A DNA stretch of 64,000 nucleotides from Anthoceros angustus (Eukaryota > Plantae > Anthocerotophyta), in NCBI GenBank assembly GCA_010909165.1, contig VJWM01000135.1, positions 124,001 through 188,000 on the forward strand, written 5' to 3'. The position numbers were made by a program, and so were the translations under genes. The notes below the pieces were generated by a model, which made no database searches, had not been told where the DNA came from, and was given only the letters and a program-made list of their open reading frames with translations. Below, one piece after another: positions 24,968 through 38,469 of this stretch (position 1 is the first letter of the stretch; each line of letters begins with the position of its first letter).

Positions 24968-25979
24968 GCACGGATCCTGGATCCTTCGTCAACTAGAGTC
25001 CTTGAGGATCATTGTTTTATCGGATCCAACGATTGGATAGAGATACACTCCCATTCCCTCAGAATGCTTGTAGTGGTTATGTCATGCCATAGTCCTTACA
25101 CATCGGGTAATTGCCAATTACAACTGAAGAGCATATAGATAAGCATGGTTGTTTAGGTAGAGAGCCTGCTGTGATGAATAAGCAAATGCAGCTTATTCAC
25201 AATTAGGGTTAGAAGATGACAGTCGAATCGCACTCACCATGGACGTGGAGGCGGGAGCAAGATGAGCGATCATGATGTGAATGCATGCGGAGCTTGGACC
25301 GACGATAAAAGCGCAGGAGAGCAAGGCGATAGGTGGTTGTTAGAGTCTTCGCAGCAAGCTAGTTATGGTAGCCACAATGAATCACATCAACTTTTGAGAC
25401 AATCGAGTTTGTCGCTATGCTTGAGTCACCACTTGAAAGCGATCGGCGTTGCTTGTGGACGATGAATCGCCAACCCCAAAGCGAGACTCGGTGAGAATCG
25501 TACGAGACTCGTGTTGTGATCCAATCCTTTGTTTTGTTTCGACCTACCTTTTACTCTAACAACCCCTCGCACCGAGAGAGGGAGGCTAATTACGTGGTTG
25601 TTTCCGGTGGAGTTTGGCGGTGTTGTGAGGACGGCATTGCTGGTTGACGCTTGATCACTCGATCCGGTTGCCAGTGGCGGTGTCAATCGACTTACTTGAA
25701 TCTTGGTCGGTGCTTGGATCATTCTTGGTTGCATGTTGGATCGAGGTTGATGTACTCTAGGGATTGATCGGAGCTTACGGTGGCTTGACACTTCCTTGGA
25801 GAGAAAGCTGAATTGTCGAAGGCCAATTGGCGTTCGAGGCGATGGGCGAATTTTGATCGGTCTTTGTTGAATTAGAGCACAAGGTTGAGCCGCCTCTGCT
25901 GTTTCGACACTTGGCACACTTGGTGATGCATGTTGATGAGGGAGTGGGGGAATCTGCCTACCAGTTGAGATCGAGAGTG

Positions 25980-28900
25980 GTGCCTCGGCATACATCGCCC
26001 GACGGAGGAATTTTCACAGACGAGCGACAATTGTTGTGAAGCCTGGGTTGCAAGCTATTGAGGCAACGGGTACAGAGTCTACGGGAGAGCTCACTTCTTC
26101 AGAATCTGTAGAGGGATTGTGCGCTTCTGACTTGGTGACTGTCGGTTGGTCTCCATTCTCTCGCTATTTTGCAAGAAGAAGAGGCGGTGGACGATCAAGC
26201 AGAGTCTAGTGGATCGACGACATGGCGAGCAGTCATCGACATCCAGGCGAGAAAAGTTCTCGGGCGGACACGGTACTCGGACTGCGTGATTTCAAGCTTT
26301 ACTTCAATTTTCTAACCGGTAGGTCAAGTTCAAACATGGCGCGGCCTTTACAAATCGGTATATGTTTGAGCAACTCCCGGATACATGGTGATGAAGCTTT
26401 GGATCATGAGGCTCATTGTGAGAGATCGAGTAGCACGCTTGCACCTAATCCGCCTTCGGCAAGCTTTGCGGTGGCGTATACAGCATGTTTCATGCGGTTG
26501 CTACATCGTCGGTATTGCTGGGACTATTTCTCCTACTACGGAACCACCTACGGTGATTACCATGACGCCTCAAGAGAGGGCTGTAGCTCTTGTGGGGATT
26601 GCTGAAGTTATGGAGGTGCCTCGGCATACGGCCATGACGGAGGAATTTTCCGCGAGCGACAATTGTTGTGAAGCACAGGTTGCAAGCTATTGAGGCAGCA
26701 GTCGAGAGTCTGGAGAGCTCACTTCTTGAGTCAGAGGATTGCGCTTGACTTGGTGATGTCGGTTGGTCTCCATTCTGCTATTTTGCAAGAAGAAGAGGGT
26801 TGTGGACATTGCGAGTCTAGTGGATCGAGCGACATGGCGAGCCGGTCATCGACATCGAGGCGAGAAAAGTTCTCGGGCGGACACACTTTCAGACTCTGCG
26901 TGATTTCAAGCTTTACTTCAATTTTCTAACCGGTCAAGTTCAAACATGGCGCGGCCTTTACAAATCGGTATATGTTTGAGCAACTCCGGGATACATGGTG
27001 ATGAAGCTTTGGATGCATATGAGGCTCATTGTGAGAGATCGAGTAGCACGCTTGCACCTAATCCGCCTTCGGCAAGCTTTGCGGTGGCGTATACAGCATG
27101 TTTCATGCGGTTGCTACATCGTCGGTATTGCTGGGACTATTTCTCCTACTACGGAACCACCTACGGTGATTACCATGACGCCTCAAGAGAGGGCTGTAGC
27201 TCTTGTGGGATTGCTGAAGTTATGGAGGTGCCTCGGCATACGGCCATGACGGAGGAATTTTCCGCGAGCGACAATTGTTGTGAAGCACAGGTTGCAAGCT
27301 ATTGAGGCAGCAGTCGAGAGTCTGGAGAGCTCACTTCTTGAGAATCTGTAGAGGATTGCGCTTGACTTGGTGATGTCGGTTGGTCTCCATTCTGCTATTT
27401 TGCAAGAAGAAGAGGGTTGTGGACATTGCGAGTCTAGTGGATCGAGCGACATGGCGAGCAGTCATCGACATCGAGGCGAGAAAAGTTCTCGGGCGGACAC
27501 ACTTTCAGACTCTGCGTGATTTCAAGCTTTACTTCAATTTTCTAACCAGCCGGGTCAAGTTCAAACATGGCGCAGCCTTTACAAATCGGTATATGTTTGA
27601 GCAACTCCGGGATACATGGCTGATGAAGCTTTGGATCTGTATGAGGCTCATTGTGAGAGACTGTTGAGTAGCACGCTTGCACCTAATCCGGCCTTTCAGC
27701 AAGCTTTGCAGGTGGCGTATAACAGTTTGCATGCTTCTGCTGTTGCTACACATCAAGCTGGTATTGCTGCTGGGACTATTTCTCCTACTACGGAACCACC
27801 TACGGTGATTACCATGACGCCTCAAGAGAGGGTAGCTCTTGTGGGATTGCTGAAGTTATGGAGGTGCAGCATGTGTTAATCCTGTTGAGGAGTTCTTCAT
27901 CATCTTGGAGAAAGCTTTTCCATTCAAGACACCTGAGAAGATAGCAGAGCTTGCTGCCTTCACTTGAAAGAAAGGAGAGACGGTTCAGATGGCGTTTCGG
28001 AGGCTGTAAAAGTTACGGGAAGGGACAGGAATGCTTACGGATCAGGAGGCTGCACAGAAGTTTCTTAGTGCTTTGGAGACGGAGCCGTTGTTCCACTTTC
28101 AGTTGTTTACATCTTTAATGGATAAATACGGGGACCAATATACGCTTGATCAAGTCTTCCAGGAAGCAGAACGGAAGGAACTGGCATTCTCAGCATATGC
28201 TTATAAGCATACTAAGTCTTATGCACATTACCAACATATGTTTGCTGGCAAGAGTGTTGTGCCTGCAGTTGGTACATCTAGCGTAACTCATGTGTTGAAG
28301 CCTAAGCCTGCCAAGGCAGTTTCCACAGTCACTTTTTCACCCATCTGTAACCGCTGTGGGAGTACTGAGCATCTCTCGCCAGTGTGCAAGTGCTCCGTTG
28401 AGGCACTTTATTGCACACATTGCCACAAGGCCAGGACATGTAGTTACGTTTGTTTTGAAACATCACGAGCGTCGTTATCAAAAGCATGGAGGTGGAGAAG
28501 CCGAGGTTGTCACTTCCACTGCAGCAACAGGTGCACGGGCTGCGTCTTCAGACTCTGTTAGTACGGAAGCAACTCCCACTAAGAGCAAGCTTCGACGTGA
28601 GAAGGAGAAAGCATAAGTGCGGTGGTCTTGAGAAGATGTGACGCAGGGCGCCATGTCGGCTCTCACTACTCAGATGAGTGTGTTGACAGCAAGTTTGGCT
28701 GCTAAGCCGGCAGGCGATTGAGCTAATGTCTGTTCGGGGACGGTGAGGAAGAAGACTATGGAAGTCATCACGGTGTGCGATCTGAAGATGCGAGGCATCC
28801 GAGGTGTGATTACGTGGCCGCGGCACACAAGCGGACAACGGTGTTGCCCAAGCCAGCTACACGAATGCAGGGTGCCAGAGCTGTGATGCCACAATCTTTC

Positions 28901-29215
28901 GTTCCTTTGCCGCTAGAGACAGCTGCTTCATTGAGAGGGGCAGATCACCTGCCACTTACAAATGAGCTGGAGGAACATAGCTCGAAGCCACAGGAGATGT
29001 TACACTTGGCTTCAACTTCGTGGCGGAAGGGAGACCTTGTTCAAAAGCTGATTCACGGTCCATTATTCACTTTGGATGAGCTGGGGGTGGGATTGACTCA
29101 GGTTCATTCCATGCTTCAAGACGTGTTGGCCCCACGGCTGGCTCCAGAGAAGTCGAGTCATGATGCTGTGATGCAGGCTAATGTGTTATCTTGTCAACCT
29201 CTAGAATCAACATGG
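25980..29215 (+). pseudogene. Gag-like polyprotein region (N-terminal ~620 bp triplicated; frameshifts)
   Basis: ORF 28031-28561 with CNRCGSTEHLSPVC and CTHCHK(P)GH knuckles; repeated blocks at ~25977-26615, 26616-27226, 27227-27866. Confidence 0.75.
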
Positions 29216-29246
29216 AACATGCTAATATTTGAAGAAATTTGAATAT
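29216..29246 (+). repeat. Left terminal inverted repeat
   Basis: aacatgctaatatttgaa-gaaatt-tgaatat. Confidence 0.85.
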
Positions 29247-29564
29247 CTGAAGCCGCTTCGAAACTCTCGGACCAATTTTCTATGTGCTCCACGGTCACAA
29301 GCGGCTTTTTCATTCCTCGGGTTTTGGCGCAGTTGGTCAATGGCATACAATATGGTTTTGTCCGATTTCATCGTATATGATATCACGGGATACGGTCTTG
29401 AGGAGGCTAGCGCATGCAAAGAATGTATGCAAACTATGAAAATGAGCAATGGCACGAACATATGCATAAAAGTTCAAATCCCAAACACGAATATGTATAA
29501 AGTCAAGCGGCAGGCATGCGGCGCTTTTACACTATCGATGGCACGAAATCCATGACTGACCACC

Positions 29565-32500
29565 TTACGGCAACTTTGACCTAATCGCCCAATTAATCCG
29601 CAGGTTGGGACTCGGTGGGCCTTTGCCCGAACCTATCAAAAACGACTTCCGTACTCTTGACCTTGCCTCCTCCGCATCTTCGAAATTGTCATTCTCCCTC
29701 ATGGCATTCTCTGCATCCAAAAGGCCACCATCATTTCCTTTCCCGTTGTTCTCGGGATGCCATAAGGTGGGCAAGGTTTGTTGGCCATCGTCCAGAATAT
29801 CTCCCGTGATCTCCTTCATCCTATTCAACCCCAAAGGAACCACCTGAGCCTGGGAGACATCCTTCTCAGACAGACTCAATTCCTTAGCCCAGAATTGGGA
29901 GGGTCCCCGACGGTGCGGCTCATGAGTCAATTCCTCCTCGGCGTCTGGCAGCACTTCATATCCATGGATCCTCTGTGGAATAAACTCCGCACACCGCTTA
30001 TCAATATCGACAGCAATACAGTTGCGTCCACATAGCAGCGCTGCCAATGTCGAAGTACCACTCCCAACACATACATCCAGAACCCAGTCTCCCTCTTTCG
30101 AAAAGTTCTTGATGAGCTTCATCGCCAGCCTAGAGGCCTCGTATGCACATACCACCGCTTGTCAAATGACATATACAGCTTCTTCTGATTAGTGCGCAAG
30201 GGGCTGCGCCCATTGTTGAAAGAGCCACCGCAAGTTATTCGGGAGCATAGACATCTTCCCGATCGTCTTGCTGGAGGTGAAACCCACCGTGATGTACTCC
30301 ATGTCATAGCCTCCTTGGTCGTTGTGCATATTCGTTTTATCCCAAAGCGAAGGAGACCATCCCTCCACATGCACCACTTCCGCATTGCCTCTCTCACCAT
30401 GTGCAGCTCTTCTACTCCATGCATGACTATCAATCTAATCTCCGAGCAACTTGTCATGTCATGGAAAGAATGGAAAATGGTGTTCACCGTGCTCGATCCA
30501 TCTTCACATCATGTTGTCCCTTATTGAATCCCACAGGCACATCCATCAACAATAGTGTGTACCTTGAACCCGTAGAAACCCCGCATGTCCAAGGCATCTC
30601 TTGATACCACCGCTTGTCAAATGACATATACAATGCCTTCTTCACACGTGTGCGCAAGCTGCACGCCCATTGTTGAAAGAGCCTGCAAGTTATTCGGGAG
30701 CATAGACATCTTCCGATCTGCGCCGGAGGTGAAACCCCACCCACCGTGATGTACTCCACGGTGTCATAGCCTCCTTGGTCGTTGTGCATATTCGCTTTTA
30801 TCCCAAACGAAGGAGACCATCCCTCCACATGCACCACTTCCGCATTGCCTCTCACCATGTGCAGCTCTTCTACTCCATGCATGACTATCAATCTAATCTC
30901 CGAGCAACTTGTCATGTCATGGAAAGAATGGAAAATGGTGTTCACCGCCTGATCCATCTTCACATCATGTTGTCCCTTATTGAATCCCACAGGCACATCC
31001 ATCAACAATAGTGTGTACCTTGAACCCGTAGAAACCCCGCATGTCCAAGGCATCTCTTGATACCACCAGTAGTTCACAATATTCTCCGCTTTTGGCACCG
31101 TGAAAGATTGGAGCCCTTCCTCCATGTCCATGTCCGCAAGTGCCCTTTGCTCGTCCTCCAAGCCTTTCCATGTGTGCACCTCTCGTATGAAAGCTTGAAA
31201 ATCCTCGCAATTTCTTGGTCTTCAACATCTTTTACTTGCCGACGAAGACAACGCTAAAGCTTCACAATCACGCCGGAGAAGAGAGGCGGGCGCGGCATGC
31301 GGCGTCCGCCTCTCTTCCTTCCCGATTGAAAAACAGAAAAACGACAGGAGGGCGCAAGCCGCGCTTCAACCAATCTAATCGAGGACATAGAAGGACATAC
31401 CTTTCCCTCAAAAGCGGTTTGGAACCTCGCGATTACTGCATCCGATGAGTGTAGTGGGTATTCGTCTCTCACCATGTCGAATGAACTACATCCCAGATGC
31501 TTTGCCATAGCCACTTGTATGACATGAAATTTCTTCCGCAGTGTCACCTCCTTGGACATTCCATTCAGGTCTAGAAGACCTGTCAACACCTTCTCAGTCA
31601 CACTAATTAGCATCTTACGCGCCTCGGAGGAATACCTTGGAAATCGCGCCATGGCTTGCCTGCATTTCTTTCGGCAATACACCTTCAACAGACTTTGTTT
31701 CATCACCAACTTTATGCTTTCCTTTGCCCTTCTTGCTGGTCCCGCCACATGCTTTGCTCGCCCGTAGCTCCATGGCCTCCCACTTTGTGAAAATACTATC
31801 AACATTCTTCCAAACCTTTCCCTCAATTTCGCAATGCATAGAATATGTGTCCTGTTGTCCACCTTGTTCGCTTTTATATTGCTCATCCTCGACCTTCATC
31901 GCCCTCTATTAGCCCAAGCACCTTATAAAGGTTAAACTTCAGTTCATGCTCATGGTCACACCATCTCGCTTTGCAATTTGGAGCTCATCTCGCAGTACCT
32001 AACTTGTTCGATGAAATTCATCTTTTTCCTCTTGTGAGACATCGTGTTGTGGTCTGTTGCCAATATCCTCATCTCCTGTATAGTAAGCCCACAATAAACA
32101 TGGGCCTCCATCCATTGGAACCTTGCCTTCCTGGCGATATGTCGCAAGGTGCTTCATCATCGTGCCTAGAGGCCTCGTATGCACATACCACCGGCTTGTC
32201 AAATGACATATACAGCACTTCTTCACACGATTAAATGCGAGGCTGCGCCCATTGTTGAAAGAGCCACCGCAAGTTATTCGGGAGCATAGACATCTTCCGA
32301 TCGTCTTCTGGAGGTGAAACCCACCCACCGTGATGTACTCCATGTCATAGCCTCCTTGGTCGTTGTGCATATTCGTTTTATCCCAAGCGAAGGAGACCAT
32401 CCCTCCACCTGCACCACTTCCGCATTGCCTCTCTCACCATGTGCAGCTCTTCTACTCCATGCATGACTATCAATCTAATCTCCGAGCAACTTGTCATGTC

Positions 32501-35500
32501 ATGGAAAGAATGGAAAATGGTGTTCACACTGATCCATCTTCACATCATGTTGTCCCTTATTGAATCCCACAGGCACATCCATCAACAATAGTGTGTACCT
32601 TGAACCCGTAGAAACCCCGCATGTCCAAGGCATCTCTTGATACCACACAGTAGTTCACAATATTCTCCGTTTTGGCACCGTGAAAGATTGGAGCCCTTCC
32701 TCCATGTCCATGTCGCAAGTGCCCTTTGCTCGTCCTCCAAGCCTTTCCATGTGTGCACCTCTATGAAAGCTTGAAAATCCTCGGGCAATTTCTTGGTCTT
32801 CAACATCTTTTACTTGCGAAGACAACGGCCGCTAAAGCTTCACAATCACGCCGGAGAGAAGAGGCGGGCGCGGCATGCGTCCCCGATTGAAAAACAAGAA
32901 AAAGCGATTGGTGAGGCGGCATGCGGCGCCCAATCTAATCGAACAGGACATAGAAGGACATACCTTTCCCTCAAAAGCGGTTTGGAACCTCGCGATTCGC
33001 ATCCGATGAGTGTAGTGGGTATTCGTCTCTCACCATGTCGAATGAACTACACCCGGATGCTTTGCCATAGCCACTTGTATGACATGAAATTTCTTCCAGA
33101 TGTCACCTCCTTGGACATTCCATTCGGTCTAGAAGACTGTCAACACCTTCTCGATCACACTAATTAGCATCTTACGCGATCTCCCGGAGGAATACCTTGG
33201 AAAGCTGCGCCATGGCTTGCCTGCATTTCTTTCGGCGAAATACACCTTCAAGACTTTGTTTCATCACCAACTTTGCGTTTTCCTTTGCCCTTCTTGCTGG
33301 TCCCTGCCACATGCTTTACTGCTCGGTAGCTCCATGGCCTCCCACTTTGTGAAAATACTATCAACATTCTTCCAAACCTTTCCCTCAATTTCAATGCATA
33401 GAATATGTGTCTGTTGTCCACCTTGTTACATTTATATTGCTCATCCTCGCGGCCTTCATCGTCCTCTATTAGCCCAAGCACCTTATAAAGGTTAAACTTC
33501 CAGTTCATGCTCATGGTCACACCATCTCGCTTTGCAATTTGGAGCTCATCTCGCAGGTACTTAACTTGTTCGATAAAATTCATCTTTTTCCTCTTGTCAG
33601 ACATCGTGTTGTGGTCTGTTGCCAATATCCTCATCTCCTGTATAGTAAGCCCACAATAAACATGGGCCTCCATCCATTGGAACCTTGCCTTCCCTGGCGA
33701 TATGCCAGCAAGGTGCTTCATGGCGGCATATGTATGATTGCCACCTAGGACTCCCATCACGTACTTCTTAGCTCAAAACTTGATCCAGTCCAAGCTTTCG
33801 ATATCCCTGCATTCTGATGGGTCAATCATACAGGCGGGGAGGACTCCTTCCTCTATACGCCCTTTGCTATCACACGCGCCAAATAGTTAGCCCAGGCCTC
33901 ATCCACATTCCGGATCTGTGCATCGGAGTCAGAAATGATGCAGGCCTCAAGTTCTCGAGCTTCACAAGAACAGTTTCTGGAACCACCTTTTTTGCATACG
34001 CCGATTCTCGCAGTTTGCTCAAATAATCTTCATCCAACATAGATGCCTGCAGTCGCTCCCCATCTGTGGCCACATGTACAGTTGGAATGTCATTGCTATC
34101 GGAAGGCCGTGCGACGCGTTTTCCTTTCTTCCGCCGAAGGGGCGGCATCCACACGTGAGTCCATTGTTGCCTCGGTGGGTCGGATGAGGAAGTCTTCCTC
34201 TTCCCCAGCCGGGTTCTCCATCTCTGCTCGGCTCACGGTGGGCGCGCATGCCGGCGCCCGCATCCCCACCTTCCACGAAGGCGCGGCATGCCGCATCCCC
34301 ACCTTCCGCCGAAGGGGCGGCATGCCGCGCCCCTCTTCACCATCGGAGGAGGCGCCGCATGCCGGCGCCCACATCCATATCGGAGGAAGGAGGCGCCGGC
34401 ATGCCGGCGCCCACATCCATATCGGAGGAGAGGGCGGCATGCCGCCCGCCTCCCTTCCACCGCCTCAGACATGGGGCGCCGCATGCCGGCGCCCCTCTTC
34501 ACCATCGGAGGAAGGAGGCGCCGCATGCCGGCGCCCTTCCTCCTCCGACGTCTCCACCACAGCATAGAGAGCTCCATGGCTCCGATGTCGCTTTCGCCTC
34601 GGTGGCGGGCTCCCCACTACCACTAGCGGCCTGGTGGTGCCTCCGATTGCACACCACCTAACGTGCTAGGGTGCCTTCTCGCTTGGGAAGGCACCCAGGC
34701 CGCATGCCGGCGCCTCCTCCCGCCTCGCATCAAAGCCCGATACAAACCTATTTGTTGCGGGCTTCCCAATTCTGGTTGTCGCGAAGAGGAGGGTTCCTCC
34801 TGCTCCCCATCTTCATCGAACGTATGCTAACTTTGGCACAAGCAAAGAAGCCCTTGTCCTCTTTCCTCCTCTTGGTCTTCAGAGGCTTCCTCATCCGACT
34901 GTCCTAGCTGCTGCCCAATGGGACCATCCTCCTCATCTGAGGGTCCAAACTCTGCTTCCTCTTCTTCTGCATTAGTAAAGGCAAACTGTGGAAGGGCCTG
35001 CCTTGTCCTCCGCAAAGACATCTCGCGGCGGTGCATTTTCATGGAGTCTGTAATCACCTGACAAAGAAACCTATAAAATGATCTTCCACCCTGCACATGG
35101 TTTTGGCACAAGACATGTGTTACTTTTATCGACCTCTCAAATACACCTTCAAGACTTTGTTTCATCACCAACTTTATGCTTTCCTTTGCCCTTCTTGCTG
35201 GTCCCGGCTGCCACATGCTTTGCTCGCCAGAGCTCCATGGCCTCCCACTTTGTGAAAATACTATCAACATTCTTCCAAACCTTTCCCTCCAATTTCGCAA
35301 TGCATAGAATATGTGTCCTGTTGTCCACCTTGTTCGCTTTTATATTGCTCATCCTCGACCTTCATCGTCCTCTATTAGCCCAAGCACCTTATAAAGGTTA
35401 AACTTCAGTTCATGCTCATGGTCACACCATCTCGCTTTGCAATTTGGAGCTCATCTCGCGGTACCTAACTTGTTCGATGAAATTCATCTTTTCCTCTTGT

Positions 35501-36910
35501 CGACATCGTGTTGTGGTCTCATTGCCAATATCCTCATCTCATAGTAAGCCCACAATAAACATGGGCCTCCATCCATTGGAACCTTGCCTTCCTGGCGATA
35601 TGTCGCAAGGTGCTTCATGGCGGCATATGTATGATTGCCACCTAAGACTCCCATCACGTACTTCTTAGCCCGAAACTTGATCCGGGCTTGGATATCCCCG
35701 CATTCCGATGGGTCAATCATACAGGCGGGGAGGACTCCTTCCTCTATACGCCCTTTTTGCTATCACACGTGCCAAATAGTTAGCCCAGGCCTCATCCACA
35801 TTCCGGATCCGCATCGGAGTCGAAATGATGCAGCCTCAAGTTCTCGAGCTTCACAAGAGCAGTTTGGAACCACCTTTTTGCATCGCCGATTCTCGCAGTT
35901 TGCTCAAATAATCTTCATCCAACATAGATGCTGCGATCGCTCCCCATCCGTGGCCACATGTACGTTGGAATGTCATTGCTATCGGAAGGCCGTGCGCGTT
36001 TTCCTTTCTTCCGCCTCAGACCGCTGCGGCATCCACACTGAGTCCATTGTTGCCTCGGTGGGTCGATGAGGAAGTCTTCCTCTTCCCCAGCCGGGTTCTC
36101 CATCTCGCTCGGCTCACGGTGGGCGCCGGCATGCGCGCCCGCATCCCCACCTTCCACCGAAGGCGCGGCATGCCGGCGCCCGCATCCCCACCTTCCGCCG
36201 AAGGGGCGGCATGCCGCGCCCCTCTTCACCATCGGAGGAGGCGCCGCATGCCGCGCCCCTCTTCACCATCGGAGGCGCGCATGCCGGCGCCCACATCCAT
36301 ATCGGAGGAAGGAGGCGCGGCATGCCGCCCGCATCCCCACCTTCCACCGCCTCAGACATGGGGCGCGCATGCCGCCCATATCATCGGAGGAAGGAGGCGC
36401 CGCATGCCGGCGCCCTTCCTCCTCCGACGTCTCCACCTGCATAGAGAGCTCCATGGCTCGGTGCTTCGCCTCGGTGGCCGGGCTCCCCACTACCACTAGC
36501 GGTGGTGCCTCCGATTGCACACCACCTAACGTGCTAGGGTGCCTTCTCGCTTGGGAAGGCACCCAGGCGCCGCATGCCGCGCCTCCTCCCTCGCCTCGCA
36601 TCAAAGCCCGATACAAACCTATTTATTTGCGGGCTTCCCAATTCTGGTTGTCGCGAAGAGGAGGGTTCCTCCTGCTCCCCATCTTCATCGAACGTATGCT
36701 AACTTTGGCACAAGCAAAGAAGCCCTTGTCCCTTTCCTCCTCATGGTCTTGAGGCTTCCTCATCCATTGTCCTAGCTGCCCAATGGGACCATCCTCCTCA
36801 TCCGAGGGTCCAAACTCGCTTCCTCTTCTCGCATTAGTAAAGGCAAAGCGTGGAAGGGCCTGCCTTGTCCTCCATAAAGACATCTCGCGGTGCATTTTCA
36901 TGGAGTCTGT
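29565..36910 (-). pseudogene. ParB/Srx-like domain fused to a beta-class DNA amino-methyltransferase (N6_N4_Mtase-like); internally duplicated and frameshifted in this assembly
   Basis: Motifs X-I-II LAMKLIKNFSKEGDWVLDVCVGSGTSTLAALLCGRNCIAVDID (29565-30155 ORF); upstream motif-IV-like LLLMDVPVG; ParB-like GVLGGNHTYAAMKHL...VYCGLTIQEMRILATDHN (33248-33760). Confidence 0.8.
34246..34530. repeat. GC-rich GGCATGCC-palindrome repeat cluster (duplicated at ~36120-36420)
   Basis: Recurrent gcgccgcatgccggcgccc units. Confidence 0.85.
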
Positions 36911-37041
36911 AATCACCGACAAAGAAACCTATAAAATGATCTTCCACCGCACATGGTTTTAACACAAGACATGTGTTACTTTTATCGACCTCTCAAATAC
37001 ACACCGATCATGTTAGAGAGAGTTGAGGGAAACATTTGCAC

Positions 37042-38076
37042 TTACATTTTCAATTCGCCAGCATCCAAGAATTTCCTTGACAGGATATACGGTTCACACT
37101 TCCTGCCGTGAAAGTTTGCCAGTCTTAGCACATACACATTGTAGTCATCTGGTGTTGGTGGCAACCCTTCCACTTTGTAAGGCTTGGATGTGCACAAAAC
37201 CTGGAACTCCGGTTCACCATCCACCACATCCATTGTAGCCCAGAGAACCCATCCTGCCCTAGCCCTCTGATTGTGCAAAGCACCATTGAACCCAAAAATC
37301 CACAGCTTTAACAAGGGAGTCCACACCATTGTGTCCTCTTCAGGTTCCTGCGACTGCGTGAACAACCAGTCTTTCTCCAACAAAACAACTTCATCAACCT
37401 GGCTTGTGTGCTGCCGCACTCCTCATACGTATAAGGAGATGGGATGGGATCCGGGAGGAGCCTCGAGACTTGGGAAGGCCAACCTTTTTCCTGTGCCCTT
37501 GCGCTCCCTTTGCGAGCTTGGTTTCGAAACGTGGGAACTGATCAGGGACCCTTTGCCCCTCCACCGCTATGCTCACGGGCGCCGCATGCCGCGCCTCCTC
37601 TTCCTTCTTGAGTGTCGTTTCTTATGCCGCTTTGGCTTGTCCACAAGCTCTGAGGATCTGGCGCCCGGCTCCTTCCGGCCGCCTTCCACTTGCCATATCT
37701 CGCTCTCACGAAATCACACAAGACGGGTCAAGGGCCGAATTGCCCATCCAAAACAACGGTTGTGTGGGTTGAAGCGAAATACCAACCTCCCGCGTGCACG
37801 ATGCTTGTGGGGTTAGCCGAATTTGATGCTCGCCGCTCGGAGACGGCCGACTTGGCGCATACCGACGCAGTTCTGCTGCGCACCGAATTCCTTCACCGCG
37901 ACACGGAATTGCTGGAGCAAGGCGGGGAATTGCTGGAGCAAGGCGGAATTGCTGGAGCAAGGCGGAATTGCCGGAGCGCAGAGTTCTCTCAGCCTCACAA
38001 GCACTTGTTGCCTTCCGAACCAGCTGAACAGTGAAGAAGATGGCGTCGTTACGCTCACTTCAGGTAGGTCTGACAA
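37042..38076 (-). pseudogene. Upstream coding exon(s) of the transposon cargo gene, weak RNase H-like motif
   Basis: ORFs 37813-38076, 37394-37576, 37042-37419 (WIFGFNGALHNQRARAGWVLW); ends at a splice donor AT|GTAAGT at ~37045. Confidence 0.45.
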
Positions 38077-38126
38077 TAGACACCCCGTGCTTATAATACG
38101 GTGCCGACATGTGTCTGTATGGGAGG

Positions 38127-38135
38127 AAACCCTAA
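38127..38135 (+). promoter_or_regulatory. Telo-box (AAACCCTAA) between the divergent transposon genes
   Basis: Exact motif in the ~400-bp intergenic gap. Confidence 0.4.
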
Positions 38136-38469
38136 ATTAGTTGCGGCGAAGATGGAAACGCCGTTTTACCGTGGTTAAAACCATAAATTGGAGCCGCCGT
38201 TTTCTGATCCGCTAGATGCTGTAATGATGCATGCCTTGCTGGCAAAATATTTTCCCACTTTACTTCTTGCGAGAAGGGATTGGCCTGTTGTTGCTTTGGC
38301 TTTCAAGAAACGTGAAACCCGTTTTCCACCCATTCAATGTTCCATACAGTGCCGGAATGTGAGAGAGGTACAACACACTGAGAGCAAGAAAGCAGTGGCT
38401 ATAGTTTGCGAGGTTGGCGACTATTGGTGTCACCGGCGAGGTCGTCAAGGTTCTAGACCTACATCATGC

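Noticed and set aside
29565-33760. Bacterial or phage contamination as the source of the ParB-MTase
   Set aside because: It lies within TIR/TSD boundaries that interrupt a retroelement ORF in frame, next to an intron-containing eukaryotic transposase.
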